Source: Callorhinchus milii
Taxonomy: Eukaryota
Length of the DNA stretch: 64,000 nucleotides
Direction: 5' to 3'
NCBI RefSeq assembly: GCF_018977255.1
Contig: NW_024704743.1
Span: 34,226,001-34,290,000, forward strand
Positions 23,238 to 36,190 of this stretch are shown here, in pieces. The notes beneath the pieces are model-generated. The model made no database searches. It was not told where the DNA came from and worked only from the letters and a program-made list of their open reading frames with translations. The position numbers were made by a program, and so were the translations under genes. How positions within the stretch are numbered: the first letter of the stretch is position 1; each line of letters opens with the position of its first letter.

Positions 23238-26200
23238 CAACAACAAGATTACATTTCTATAGCACATTTCACGTCGGACGGATGTTTCAAGGTGCTGGAC
23301 AGTTTACAGCATTTTATACCTAAGCTGGGGTCAGGGAAGGAGAAGGGAGGGGAGGTGACTGATGGCATGGTCGAAGAGGAGGGTTTTGAGGCGGGACTTG
23401 AAAGAGGCTAAGGAGGGGGCGAGGCAGAGTGATTGGGGGATGGAATTCCAGAGGTTGGGGGCAGAGTGGCTGAAGGCTCTCCCACCAATGGTGGGACGGG
23501 TGGGTCGGGGGATGTGGAGAAGACCGAGCCGGCTAAGTGGAGGGAGTGGGCGAGTTGGTAGGGGGTTAGGAGGTCACAGAGGTAGGGTGGGGTGAGGCCA
23601 TGGAGGGCTTTGTAGGTGAGGACCAGGATCTTGAACTGGATCCTCTGAAGGATAGGGCGAGAATGGGGGAGATGGTGTCGCGGAGTTTGGTGCAGGAGAG
23701 GACATGGGCTGCAGAGTTCTGGATTATCTGCAGCCTGTGGAGGGAGGAGTTGGGAAGGCCGACAAGCAGGGCATTTGCATAGTCGAGCCTGGAGGTGATG
23801 AAGGCATGAACAAGCATTTCAGTGGCCTGAGGGGTGAGGTAGTGGCAGAGTCACGCAATGTTACGGAGGTGAGGGAAGGCAGAGCAGGTCATGGCTTGGA
23901 TATGGGAAGAAAAGACAGTTGAGGCTCGAACAAGACACCTAGGTTCCTGATGGCTTGGTGAGTTGAAGTGTGCAACCATGGAGGTTGTTGCTACCAGAGC
24001 CTGAGGTGCTGAGGCCCTTTGTGAGCCAATCAGGAGGGCCTCAGTCTTGTTCACATTCAACTATAGGAAATTTCCCCTCATCCAGGACTTGATGTTCGAC
24101 AAACAAACTGTCAGGACAGCAGTGGTCCTCGAGTTGAGGGTGGAGGCAGAAAGATAGAGTTGGGTGTCATCTGCATACATATGGAAGTTGACCCCATGTC
24201 TGCAGATGATGTCACCAAGGGGGAGCATGTAGATATTAAGGAGGAGAGGGCCAAGGACAGAGCCCTGGGGGACGCCAGACGTGACAGAGCGGGGGCTGGA
24301 GGAGAAACCATTAGAGGCAATGAAGTGGAGACAGTGAGAGAGATAGGAATCGAACCAGGCGAGGGCAGGTCCGCGAAGATTGAGTAAAGCGGAGAGGCGG
24401 TGTATGAGGATGGAGTGGTCAACAGTGTCGAAGGCGGCAGAGAGGTTAAGGAGGCAGAGGGAGCCCTGATCACAGATGTTCAGAATGTCATTCGTGACTC
24501 TGACCAGGGCTGTTTCCGTGCTGTGGGCATCGCGGAAGCCAGATTGGAGGGGTTCAAAGAGGGAATGGCGAGAAAGAAAGGAGCGGAGCTGGGACCCGAC
24601 AACTTGTTCCAGGACCTTGGAGAGGAATGGGAGGTTAGAGATGGGCGGTAGCTGGAGAGGAGGGATTGGTCCAGGGAAAGTTTTATCAGGATGGAGGTGA
24701 TGACGGCTATTTTTAGGGGGGTGGGAACTGAACTGGTGGACAAGGAGAGGTTGATGAAGAAGGACAGGAGAGGGGCCAGAAGGTGGAGCTGTGAGATGAG
24801 GAGAGAGGTGGGGATGGGATCAAGGGAGCAGGCGGTGAGTTTGAGATTTGTGATAAAATCGTGGTGAGAGAGATAGGGTCGAAGGAATATAGGGGGGAAT
24901 GGGTGGGGGGTGGGTCATGAGGGAGAGGTGGTGTGGGAGTGGCGGTGGACGGGGCAGAGGTGGCTGAACATATCCCCTCGATTTTGGATTCGAGGAAGTC
25001 TAGTATCTCCTCACAGTTGGACTTTGAGGAGAGGATGGGCGAGGCATGGGAAGGTGGACGGAGGAGACGGCTTGTAGTGGAAAAGAGAACAACAACAACA
25101 ACAACAAGATTCCATTTATAGAGCGCCTTTCACGTCAGGAGGACGTCCCAAGGCGCTGCACAGTTGGGTCATGACCCGAGCAGGGGGGAAATGGTCAGGG
25201 TGAGGGGAGGGAAGGGAGGGAGAGAGGAGGGGGAAATGGTCAGGGTGAGGGGAGGGAAGGGAGGGAGCGAGGAGGAGGAAGAGAGTCGAGAGGGGAGCTG
25301 AAGGCACGGTCAAAGAGAAAGGTTTTGAGACCGGCCTTGAAGGAGGAAAGGGAGGAAGCGGCGAAGGCACTGGGGGATGGAGTTCCAGAGCCTCGGGGCT
25401 GAGAGGCTGAAGGCCCGACCACCGATAGTAGGGCGGTTGGGGCGGGGGACGTGGAGCAGACCGGAGCCAGAGGAACGGAGGGTACGGGCAGGTAGGTAGG
25501 GGGATAGTAGGTTGGAGAGGTAGGAGGGAGCAAGGCCGTGAATGGCCTTGTAGGTGAGGATGAGGATCTTGAAATCAATCCTCTGGGGGATGGGGAGCCA
25601 GTGGAGGCGAGCGAGGGTGGGAGTGATGTGGTCCCGAAGCCTGGTGCGGGACAGTACACGAGCTGCAGAGTTCTGAATGACCTGCAGCTTGTGGAGGGAG
25701 GTGCGGGAAGGCCGGCGAGGAGAGAGTTCCCATAGTCCAGCCTTGAGGTGACAAAGGCGTGAACCAGGGTTTCAGCAGCGTGAGGGGTGAGGTAGTGCCG
25801 TAATCTGGCGATATTCCGGAGGTGATGGAAGGCGGTGCCAGTTGTGGTGCGGATGTGAGGGAGAAAGGACAGCTCAGGGTCGAACAAAACGCCGAGGTTC
25901 CTGACTGGCTTTGAGAGGTGGAGAGTGCAGCCTTGGATGCTGATGGTGTCAGCGCCTGAGGTGCGGAGGCGCTGACGTGAGCCAATCAGGAGGGCCTCGG
26001 TTTTTCGCACGTTGAGCTGAAGAAAGTTGTCTCTCGTCCAGGACTCGATGTCGGACAGGCAGGCTGTCAGGACATCGGTGGTCGTGGAGTTGAGAGTAGA
26101 GGAGGAAAGGTAGAGTTGGGTGTCATCCGCATACATGTGGAAGTTAACCCCATGTTTGCGGATGATGTCACCGAGGGGGAGCATATAGAGGGTGAAGAGG

Positions 26201-27321
26201 AGGGGACCGAGGACAGAGCCCTGAGGGACACCACATGAGACAGTACGGGGGGTGGAGGAGAAGCCATTCGTTGAGACGAAGTGAAGACGGTGGGAAAGGT
26301 AAGAGCTAAACCATTCAAGGACAGTGCCTTGAAGGTTGAGGTGGGAGGACAAGCGGTGGAGTAGGATAGCGTGGTCGACCGTATCGAATGCTGCCGATAG
26401 GTCGAGGAGGACGAGGAGACAGAGGGAGCCCTGGTCACAGATGGTCAGGATATCATTGGTGACCTTGACCAGGGCAGTTTCTGTGCTATGAGCAGCACGG
26501 AAACCTGACTGAAGGGGTTCAAAAAGAGAATGGGTGGAGAGGAAAGAGCGCAGTTGGGAGGCGACAACTCTTTCCAAGACCTTGGAGAGAAAGGGGAGGT
26601 TGGAGATGGGCCGGTAGCTTGATAGCTGCGACGCATCAAGGGAGGGTTTTTTCAGGGTGGGCGTGATGATGGCAGTTTTTAATGGAATGGGGACAGAGCC
26701 AGAGGAGAGGGACAGGTTTATGATGTCAGTGATGTGTGGGGCAAGAAAATGGAGCTGGGAGATAAGGAGTGGAGTGGGGATGGGGTCAAGGGAGCAGGTG
26801 GTTGGTTTTAGGGATAGGATGAGTTCAGTGACAGAGGGTGGGGAAACGGGTACGAAGGTGTGTAGGGGAGGATGGGTAGGAGTCGGAGTGTGGGAGGGAA
26901 GGGGTGGGTGGTGGGTGGAAGTTGGAGGGGAAGTGACCGCGGAGCGGATTCCCTTGATCTTGGATTCAAGGAAATCCAGCATCTCCTCGCAGTGAAGGTT
27001 GGAGGAGATGACCTGCGCGGGGTGGCGGGGGGACGGAGGAGTCGGGATGTGGTGGAAAACAGTAGCCTGGGGTTGTTCTTCGCCTCCAGGATTATCCTGG
27101 AGTAGAAGGACGACTTGGCCGAGGCTAGAGTGGAGCGGTAAATTTTGAGGAGGTCCAGCCAGATTTGTCGGTGGACCGTTAAGCCGGATTTGACAAAGGT
27201 GCGCTCAGCAGCCCGCACCTGGCATTTCAGTGAGCGGAGGTGGGTGGTGTACCAGGGGGAGGAGCGGGAGTAGGAGACAGTGCGGGAAGTGATGGGGGCA
27301 AGAGTATCGAGAAGCCTGGGG
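23238..27321 (-). mobile_element. 5'-truncated L2 LINE (about 1.9 kb of its own sequence), interrupted by a younger L2
   Basis: Frameshifted RT motifs at 23238-25089, resuming at 27309-27321. Flanked by a tttcta TSD (23232-23237 and 27322-27327). Confidence 0.9.
25090..27308 (-). mobile_element. Young 5'-truncated L2 LINE with near-intact reverse transcriptase region
   Basis: The 580-aa ORF contains [47 protein letters not shown] and YADD. Frameshifts near 25705 and about 27015; no endonuclease domain. gagaa TSD at 25085-25089 and 27309-27313. Confidence 0.97.
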
Positions 27322-27381
27322 TTTCTAGTATATACTGTGAAGCGTTGGAAATGTCTCGACGACGTGATGAGGCACTATATT

Positions 27382-27515
27382 AACAACAACAAAATTACAT
27401 TTGTGTTGCTCCTTTCACGTCGGGAGGATATCCCAAGGCGTTGGACAGGCAGAGTTTCGGACCCGAGCTGGAGTTTGGGATCGGGGAGGGTGGAGGGCGG
27501 GGGGGAAGCAGGGAC
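27382..27515 (-). mobile_element. L2 3' UTR and tail
   Basis: (aac)n-aaattacatttgt...tttcacgtcgggagga. Confidence 0.85.
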
Positions 27516-28409
27516 CCAGTTGGAGAAGTGCAAAATTCTGAAAGGGTGAATACAGCATGTTGTCTTCAGAATACAATCAACTGAAATGATCTAACTATTT
27601 ATTATATAACCTTTGGATTCGGATCAAGTTGCTGTTCCTCTTCATTAACTTCTTATAGTTTGTAAAGCACACATTTCCCCTTGCTTCAACAGCATCTCTG
27701 CCTTAGCAGTCCTTCCACCAAAAAATTGTGCCCTTTACCTATTTACCATATAGCCTTAAAGTGATTTCTAAACATATTTTTATGACACACCAAGAATCTA
27801 ATCTTCAAATCTTGCAACTGCCCTTTTCAATGCTCCAGTTGTCAATTTAAGGTCAAATTCATTTCGGTACCTTGGTTGAATAAGAAGCCAGACTATTAAT
27901 AAACAGCGTGCAGCACACTTTCCACGGTTTAAAGGAAACATAATTAAACAAAATTATTGGAATAACTCTAACAGGATGTAACAGATCAGTCAAAATATTT
28001 TCTGTCTTACAGATTACAGCTCCTGAAGAGATACTTTGTCTCTTTTACAACAATAGCTGGAAAATTTTTAACATCTCAATTCCAGTGTCTTAAGCATAAG
28101 TATGTATAGAATAACAGGTAGGGACCTGCATAGTCTTGAGTTGGATTTGGCTGAGTATGCACACAAATATTTACATAACTGATACAGGTGCAATTCCAAA
28201 ACTAGTGAAGGATGGTTTAAATAATTCATGCCTCAATCAACTTATTTTACTTCAGCCCTTGTTTTGCAAATGATCACTATCACATCAGAATGAGCTGACT
28301 ACACAAGCAAGCAGGCAGTTGATAATAGAGAACCACACACGACTTTTGAGAACCATATTGTACAATAGACATACTGTATGCAGAATGACAAAGGTCAAAT
28401 ATTTAGGAG

Positions 28410-28665
28410 AATAAATAATAATTATAATCCTTCCATTTGATATAGAGCTTTTCACGTCTTCTAGACATCTCAAAGCGCTTCACAGAATAGACTGTAAAGT
28501 GAATTGACTGTATATTTGTGGGCAAAATGCAGCAGCCAATTGCACACAGCAGTGTCCCACAAACAGTCATGGATTGAAGTGACCAATTTATTATTGGTTT
28601 TTTTTCTTGAGGGATTATTATCAAGCATGTGGAGTAAGGAAACTTGCTCAAGGTTTCACCCTGCT
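28410..28665 (-). mobile_element. SINE lacking the tRNA head
   Basis: Tail, Deu block and ggagtaaggaaacttg linker. Confidence 0.9.
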
Positions 28666-28999
28666 GGGAATCTAAATAAAATAAAATTAAATAAAATTTA
28701 TATAGAATAAAATGCTTGTTTTGAAATCAGAACGTGCAAGGTAAGAAGCAATCTATTCTGAAAGGCAATTTGATATCTAGGTATATTACAAGAGAATAAA
28801 CAACAACTTGCATTTATTCAGCGAGCCTCACACAGGTTCACTTCCCAGAATGTTTCAACAATAACGGGCTGTTTGAATGTTAAACAACTGAGAGGAAAAT
28901 ATATAAAAGGGTATGGCTGGGGAATGGGACTGAACGGGATGATTGGTAACTGGCCTTTTGTGCTGACAATTTCTACGATTTGGGGGATTAAGTTAATTA

Positions 29000-29321
29000 A
29001 ATTAATCTTTACATTTGATGTAGTGCTTTATCATACCATTGAGACGTCTCAAAGCTCTTCACAAAATATTCTGTAAAGTGAATTGACTATATTTTGTGGG
29101 TGAAATGTGGCAGCCAATTGTGCACAGCAATGTCCCACAAGGGATTATTACTCCCAGAAAGCAATTTGCCAATCGACTAACAACTAGGTTCCTACTTACT
29201 AGTAGATAAACAGAGGTGTTTGTGGAGTAAGGAAACTTGTGTTAGGTTTTACCCCGCCCGGGAATCGAACCAAGGTCCTCTAACTTGCAAGGCGAGTGCT
29301 CTAACCACTGTATTACAGGAC
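29000..29321 (-). mobile_element. tRNA(Ala)-headed SINE, intermediate tier
   Basis: tRNA head plus the extra segment ctctgtttatctactagtaagtaggaacc (minus-strand reading). Confidence 0.85.
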
Positions 29322-29684
29322 ACAATTCAGATGATGTAAAGATCAATTAGATGATAAATATGGCTGTGTTTGTTTGTGGGACACTGCTGTATACCAATGG
29401 GATTGCTGCATTTGCTTACAACTGCACAGTCACTACAGTTTCCAGTAAATCCTGTGATACGTTTTGACATGTTTCGATAACACGGTGTTGTCCAACAGAG
29501 ATCGTTGACTAGCCACAGGTGTGGAAAAACTCCAGAAGAAAGCAAGCCCAGACAATAACAAACAGCTCCTTCAGGGCAAAGGGCAAGCAACATCCAAACA
29601 GTTCGGGATGGAGACGAGGAGAGGGTCCTTAATATTTTTATTTTGTGAGATGTGCCATATCCGGCATTTTTACCCTTGTTTTTC

Positions 29685-29890
29685 ACCAGCCTCTGTTTAT
29701 CTAGTAGTAAGTAGGAACCCGGTTGTTAGTTGATTGGCAGATTGCTTTTGGGGGTAATAATCTCTTAAAATATGCTTTGGTTTCGTCCACAAATATACAA
29801 TCAATTCACTTTACAGTATATTCTGTGAAGCATTTTGAGATGCTAGAAGATGTGAAAAGTGCTACATCAAAAGCAAAGATTATTATTATT
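29685..29890 (+). mobile_element. Intermediate-tier SINE fragment
   Basis: gcctctgtttatctagtagtaagtaggaacccggttgttag and tail. Confidence 0.8.
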
Positions 29891-31989
29891 TTAGTAGATA
29901 ACCAATAACCAGTAACCAAGGATCACACAATGATCAAAACACACTCGTCCACACTGTGTTTCATCTTACCACTTTATCAACAAACGCACAAAAAGGTTAA
30001 AGTACACTTGCATAAGCTGTGCGAATACGAGTATTGAGATCACATGCCCAATGATGGTATCTGTTACTTATATTTTATTTACGAATCAGAAACGCAATTT
30101 AGTCACATCTGGATTCTCAATTAAGCACATGTTGCTAGTGGCTAATGTACTATCAACCCTGCTATAGCACACGTAAGGATTATTATTATAAATTAGGAGA
30201 GCAAAGACTCACCCAATATATTACAAATTGCCAGACTCAGTGCATTTTATAAAGTAGTTGCTGCCAGACTGGAGGCCACTTTCATACCACTGTAATTCTC
30301 TGACGACATGATGAGGCTTTACAGTGTTATAAACTGATACAGCTGACAGGATGAAATAATTTCACTGAGTAAAGAAGAATTTTATAGAACTACTTAATCA
30401 TTTATCCCATAAATTATAAATCAATAATCGGATCATGTCGCTTTTATTTTATTATTACAAATTACCAGCAAGTCATTTTAAGACTTGCAGAAAGGTCACA
30501 TTATCTGACTTGTATGTAAATTGGATGTGAATCTTAAATGAACAGAACAACCTAGGTCTAGACTGGCCACACACACTTGAGTCAAAAGAAATTAATCACA
30601 GACCAATTTAGAAACGAGTGAACAGCTGTCACTCAAACTCTGTACACCTATAAAAATTGGTCACCATTCCCACTCTACCACAAAGCAGCTTCCTTATTGC
30701 TAAGTGGCTCTGCCTTCACCCACCAATATATGGTCAATTCACTTTACAGCATATTCTGTGAAGTGCTTTCAGACATCTAGAAGACGTGAAAAGCGCTATA
30801 TCAAGTGCAAGGATTATAGATACTGGCAAGAGAAATTACATATAAAACTAATAGAACTAGATAAAAACAACATTCAGCCTGAGAGCAGGCAACAGAAGGG
30901 GGCAGCAGTAGTCACTTCTTTAGTCCATGAAACTGTCCCATAGTATAAACAGGGAGGGAGGGAATTCTGTGAGTCAGAAGGCAAGTGGATAACAGATTTC
31001 TATTCACATCAGGATGAACTTACATTGATGGTGAAAACAAAATTAAACCTTAAGTTGCCAGATAATTTTGTTTACCGGATCATGCCTGACAAAGTGAGAC
31101 AGGCAAAGCATTGCCATCTGTACAAACCAATATGTTGGGATATTTAAATATTTCATGCAGAGTGCAATAGACTACCACTTGTGGAAGTATGTAAACTATC
31201 TTTGGAATGAGGAAGTGTCTACTCTCTTGCTTTTGATATTCATCATTGGATTGTTTTATTCTTAGTTCATCAGATGAAAGCTCCTTAAGCTACTTGTATT
31301 TAAACATAATGAGAGGGATACTGGCTTTTTTTTGTTTTGTTTGGGGAAATATGTAATACTTCCAAGGCATAGTTACCATGTCAAGATTCCTACAATTAGG
31401 CCAACATATTAAACTGCTGCTTATTTATATGACTTGTCTTTACTCAACAGATCATGCATTTATCACTGCAGGCTCTCTCAAAATAAAGAGTATTACTAGG
31501 CCAGCTTTAATAGGCTAAACTTGAACAGTACAACGGAAGTTTCATGCTGTCATTCCAGGAAGTGTAAAAAAGAAACACAACTCTGACTTGCGGTTATGTT
31601 ACAACATCCATGTTCTAGAATTACGGCTTTTGAATCATGAGCTGCAGCATGCTTTAACTATGCAGTTATAGCTTTACTGGTGTCATCTTAAATTAATTCT
31701 TTCCCAAAATAGGACTGGAAAATAGACTGGGAACAGACAAATTAGCATGGGCGGAATGGGGAGAGGCTTTTGGAGTTTACTGAATAATACTAATAATCCT
31801 TGCTTTTTTTTGTATTTGATGTAGCGCCTTATTCAAGTCGTTGAGGGTCTCTGCACTTCACAGAATATAGCATAAATTGTATTGTATGACAAAAAACTGG
31901 CTAGGAATATTAAGAGCAATAATATCAAATAATTTCTTAAGTACATTAAGAGGTAGATAATAGTCAAGGAATGAGTGGGAGTACTGTAG

Positions 31990-34688
31990 GGTGAGGAAGG
32001 TAATGTGGTAGCTGAACATAACTCAAAGGTAGAAAGGCCATTGTTTTAAATGTTTTGCCTCAATGTTTACAGAGGAGGGGGATGTTGGTAACGTAACAAT
32101 ATCAAAGCAAATATAGGAAAACTAAGAATTTGTAGAGATTATAAAGGATTTGGTGTGAAAGGGGTTAATGTGCTTAAAGTAGATCAATCACCACGTCCTG
32201 ATGGGATGTATCTAACAATCTTGGAGGAAGTCAATGATGAAATAATAGAGGCTCTGATTATCATTTCCCAAAGGTTTGTAGAATTGAGGGTTGATCCAGA
32301 GGAGAGCACCAAATGTCACTCCATTGTATAAGAAAGCAAAAAGAGAAGAGCCAGGTAACTACAGGCTAGTGAGTATCACATCAATGGTAGGACAACTGCT
32401 CAAGTGACAACAAGGGGTGATAATAAGGGGTATAATTGTGGTACATTTGTAGTACAACAACAACAACATTACATTTGCATCGCGCCTTTCACATCGGGAG
32501 GACGTCCCAAGGTGCTGGACAGACAGAGTTACAGACCCGAGCTGAGGGTCGGGGTGGGGGAGTGGGGAGGGCAGGGGGGGAAGCAGGGAGATCGCAAGCA
32601 CGGTCGAAGAGGAGGGTCTTGAAGGTGGCGAGGGAGGGAGCGAAATGGAGGAACTGCGGGGTGGAGTTCTAGAGGGTGGGTGCAGAGAGGCGGAAGGCCC
32701 GCCCGCCGATAGTGGGGCGAGCAAGGCGGGGGACGTGAAGCAGGCCAGAGCCAGCTGAGCGGAAGGAGCAAACAGGATTGTAGGGGGTTAGGAGGTCGCA
32801 GAAGTAGGGGGGAGCAAGACCGTGGAGAGCTTTGAAGGTGAGGACCAGGATCTTGAACTGTATCCTCTGTGTTATGGGAAGCCAGCGGAGTTAGGCAAGG
32901 ATGGGGTCACGGAGAGTCACGGAGCCTAGTGCGGGAAAGGACACGGGCTGCAGAGTTCTGGATGATCTGCAGAGTTCTGGATGATCTGCAGCCTGTGGAG
33001 GGAGGAGTTGGGGAGGCCGACACGCAGTGAGTTTGCATAGTCGAGCCTCGATGTAATGAAGGAGTGTATGAGGGCTTCAGCGGCCTGCGGTATGAGACTG
33101 TCAGAGCCGGGCAAAGTTGCGGAAGTGGGGGAAGGCAGAGCGGGTCATGGCGTGAATGTGGGGTAGAAAGGATAGTTGAGGGTCAAACAAGACCCCAAGG
33201 TTCCGGACTGGCTTAGCAAGGTGGAGTGTGCAACCATGGATGGTGATACTGTCAGAGCCTGAGGTGAGAAGGTGCTGACGGGAACCAATCAGGAGAGCCT
33301 CGGTCTTGTTGACATTCAACTGAAGAAAGTTAGCTCTCATCCAGGACTTGGCGTCTGACAGACATTCTGTCAACACAGCAGTGGTCCTGGAGTCAAGGGT
33401 GGAGGCAAAGAGCTAGAGTTGGGTGTCATTCGTATACATGTAGAAGTTGACCCCATGTCTGCAGATGATGTCACCAAGGAGGAGCATATAGATGTTGAAG
33501 AGGAGGGGACCAAGCACAGAGCCCTGAGGAACGCCGAGACGGTCCGGGGGCTAGAGGAGAAGCCATTGGAGAAGATGTGAGAGGTACGATCTGAACCAAT
33601 CAAGGACAGAGCTGTGGAGGTTGAGGTGAGGTGGTGGATGAGGATAGTGGTCGACGGTGTCGAAAGCAGCAGAGAGGTCAAGGAGGACGAGGAGGCAGAG
33701 GGAGCCCTGGTTGCAGGTGAACTGAATGTCATTTGTCACTTTGACCAGGATGGCTTATGTGCTGTGGGCGTCACGGAAGCCTGATTGGAGGTGTTCGAGA
33801 AGGGAGTGGCGGGAGAGGTAGGAGCGAAGCTGAGGAGCAACAACTCGTTCTAGGACCGGGGAAGGAAGGGGAGGTTGGAATTGGGGCGGTAGTTAGAGAG
33901 TAGAAAAGGGCCCAGGGAGGTTTTTTTNAAGGATAGGAATGATGACAGCGTTTTTTAAAGGGGTGGGAACAGTACCAGAGGACAGGGAGAGGTTAACAAT
34001 GTCAGTGAGTAGAAGGGCAAGGAGGTGGAGCTGGGAGTTAAGGAGGGGGTAGGGTGGGATCCAGCGAGCAGTTGATGGGTTTCATACGGGTTATGGTGAT
34101 GAGAGAAGGGGAGACAGGTTCAAAGGTGTGGAGGGAGTGGTGGGTAGAGGCTGGGGTGGGAGGAGGAGATGGGGAGGGGGTAGTAGTTGCAGTGGCAGAG
34201 GCAGCTGAGTGGATTCCCTCGATTTTGGATTCGAGGAAGTCCAACATCGCCTCACACTTGGCATTTGTGGTACATATAAGACACTGTACATATTTTTGGT
34301 ACAAATATGGTACTGATAAGAGCTCTTGTAAAGGGAAGATCATATCTGACTAATTTGATTGAATTATTCAAAGAGGTAACCAAAACCAACAAGAACAAAA
34401 TTACATTTGTATAGCTACTTTCACGTCGGGAGGACGTCTCAAGGCGCTGGACGAGTGCAGCATTTCAAGAACGTGGATAGAGATGCAATAATGTTATTTA
34501 TTTGGATTTAAGGAAGGCATTAAATAAGTTGCCACATAAGAGACTTGTGGTCAAAATGAAGGCAAATAGAATAGATGAAAAGGTGGTTAAGTGAACAGAG
34601 GAATAATTTAATAACTAAAGGACAGATTTCAGAGAGAAGGAATAAAGGGATATGTTTATGATTAGCGGTGTGTCTCAGGGATCTGTCC
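31990..34688 (+). mobile_element. Decayed CR1 LINE RT region, split by two L2 insertions
   Basis: Translates with frameshifts to PGNYRLVSITSMVGQLL (about 32351), KGRSYLTNLIELFKEVT (about 34331), VIYLDLRKALNKLPHKRL (about 34493) and GVSQGSVL (about 34667). Confidence 0.8.
32457..34261 (-). mobile_element. 5'-truncated L2 LINE, about 1.8 kb
   Basis: Fragmented RT ORFs ([23 protein letters not shown]). 13-bp TSD catttgtagtaca / catttgtggtaca (32444-32456 and 34262-34274). Confidence 0.93.
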
Positions 34689-34975
34689 TTTGGATGAGAC
34701 GTTAAAACTGATGCCTGTTGCGGTGGATGTTAAAGATCTCATGGCACTATTTGAAAAGAAGGGAGCTTCTTCCAGTGTCCTGACCAACAATCTCCCAGAT
34801 AAAATTAGTTATTCACTTCATGGCTGTTTGTGCGACAATGCTTTGAGCAAATTGGCTACAATGTTCACCTACAAACTACACAATCGCTACACTTCACAGT
34901 AAATTCTGTGAAGCATTTGAGATGTTTTGACGACATGGTAATATCAATGCAACAATTATAATTATTATTTATATT
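34689..34975 (+). mobile_element. Old Deu-domain SINE
   Basis: ggatgagacgttaaa...ggatgttaaagatctcatggcactatttg...aaattggcta. Confidence 0.85.
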
Positions 34976-36007
34976 ATTTTATGGACTCCTAAAAATTCAG
35001 TTAACAAAACACTTTGCCAGCATCTGAGCGCATTGTCTGCTCCCTCAGCTGTATGTAGGACAGGATATGTTAAGAAAAGGAAATGACACCAATTGGGGTG
35101 GGAAATATATTTCTTCAATGTGCAGAGTGAGTCATTCCATCACCTGTGGCTATTTCATTAAAAAAACATGCAAGTCATTGATAACGTTTTTACTGTGTTT
35201 TAATTGCAACAAACACAAAGTTTTGATAATCTGCATCCTCTTTGTTCGACGTCACAAGATGGATTTTAAATGCTTGTCATGGTGAGAAGCTTTTTTCTCA
35301 CCTAGCTGGTACTGTGTGTTTTCCCCCCAGTTCTACTGAATTGTAATTTAATCCTGTTGCAAAGGTAGCTAGATCCCTGAACATTTACTAGCGTTGTCTC
35401 AGATACTTCACTCCAGTGACGTGAATGAGATCAACGGCCCTCCTTTCATGATGTCACAGACTGGCATTTCACACAAGTTCATGCTCCCAGTCTGCCTCCG
35501 ACCATCAACAACTTACATTTATGGAACACCTTTCACAAGAAAGACCACCTTGAAACACCTCACAAATGAGAATAATTTGAAATCACCTTAAAACCTATTA
35601 CTCCAACTGCCCACGTGGTTAACTCCCCTCCTCCCTTGCTCGTTGTCTAACCCCCCCCAACTGTGATGCGCTCTGACATCTTATCCTATGTGAAGGGCAC
35701 TATATAAATACAAGTTGCTGTTCTGGTTGTTGAGTGACATTAAGGCAAATGCTCCAGCAATGTCTCACAAACAACAATGACCTCTGTGACCAGTTTGAAT
35801 CTTGTGATGAATTTGGGAAAGGGAGAGATACAAACTGGAAGCAAACTTCCTGCTCTTTGAAATAGTAGCACGAGGGTGTAGAAATTCCACCTGTGTCTAG
35901 ATTTACTCTGTTAATGCCGTATTTATTATTATTAACTACAGAAAAACAATTTCAAAGGTAAAACTGTTTTCAATAATTTGCCAAATCTGCACTCTGTGAA
36001 ACGCTAC

Positions 36008-36190
36008 AATAATAATAATCCTTGCTCCTTGCATTTGATATAGTGTCTTATCACGTCTTCGAAACGTCTCAAAGCGCTTCACAGAATATACTGAAAAGTG
36101 AATTGACTGTACATTATGTGGGCAGCAGCCAATGGCGCACAGGGGTGTCCCTCAAACAGTCGTGGATTGAGCAACAAATTTTTTTTTTGT
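36008..36190 (-). mobile_element. SINE 3' half
   Basis: Tail and Deu block in reverse. Confidence 0.85.

Noticed and set aside
26200..26220. REST/RE1-like motif in the L2 RT (ggaccgaggacagagcc)
   Set aside because: Only the right half-site matches, and it is dictated by the [10 protein letters not shown] codons.
25240..26982. 580-aa ORF as a host gene, retron or novel RT system
   Set aside because: It has ordinary L2 ORF2 motifs, an L2 tail, 5' truncation and a TSD.
33928..33928. Single n in a T-run
   Set aside because: Assembly ambiguity. The long G-runs at 7905 and 11465 may also be of unreliable length.
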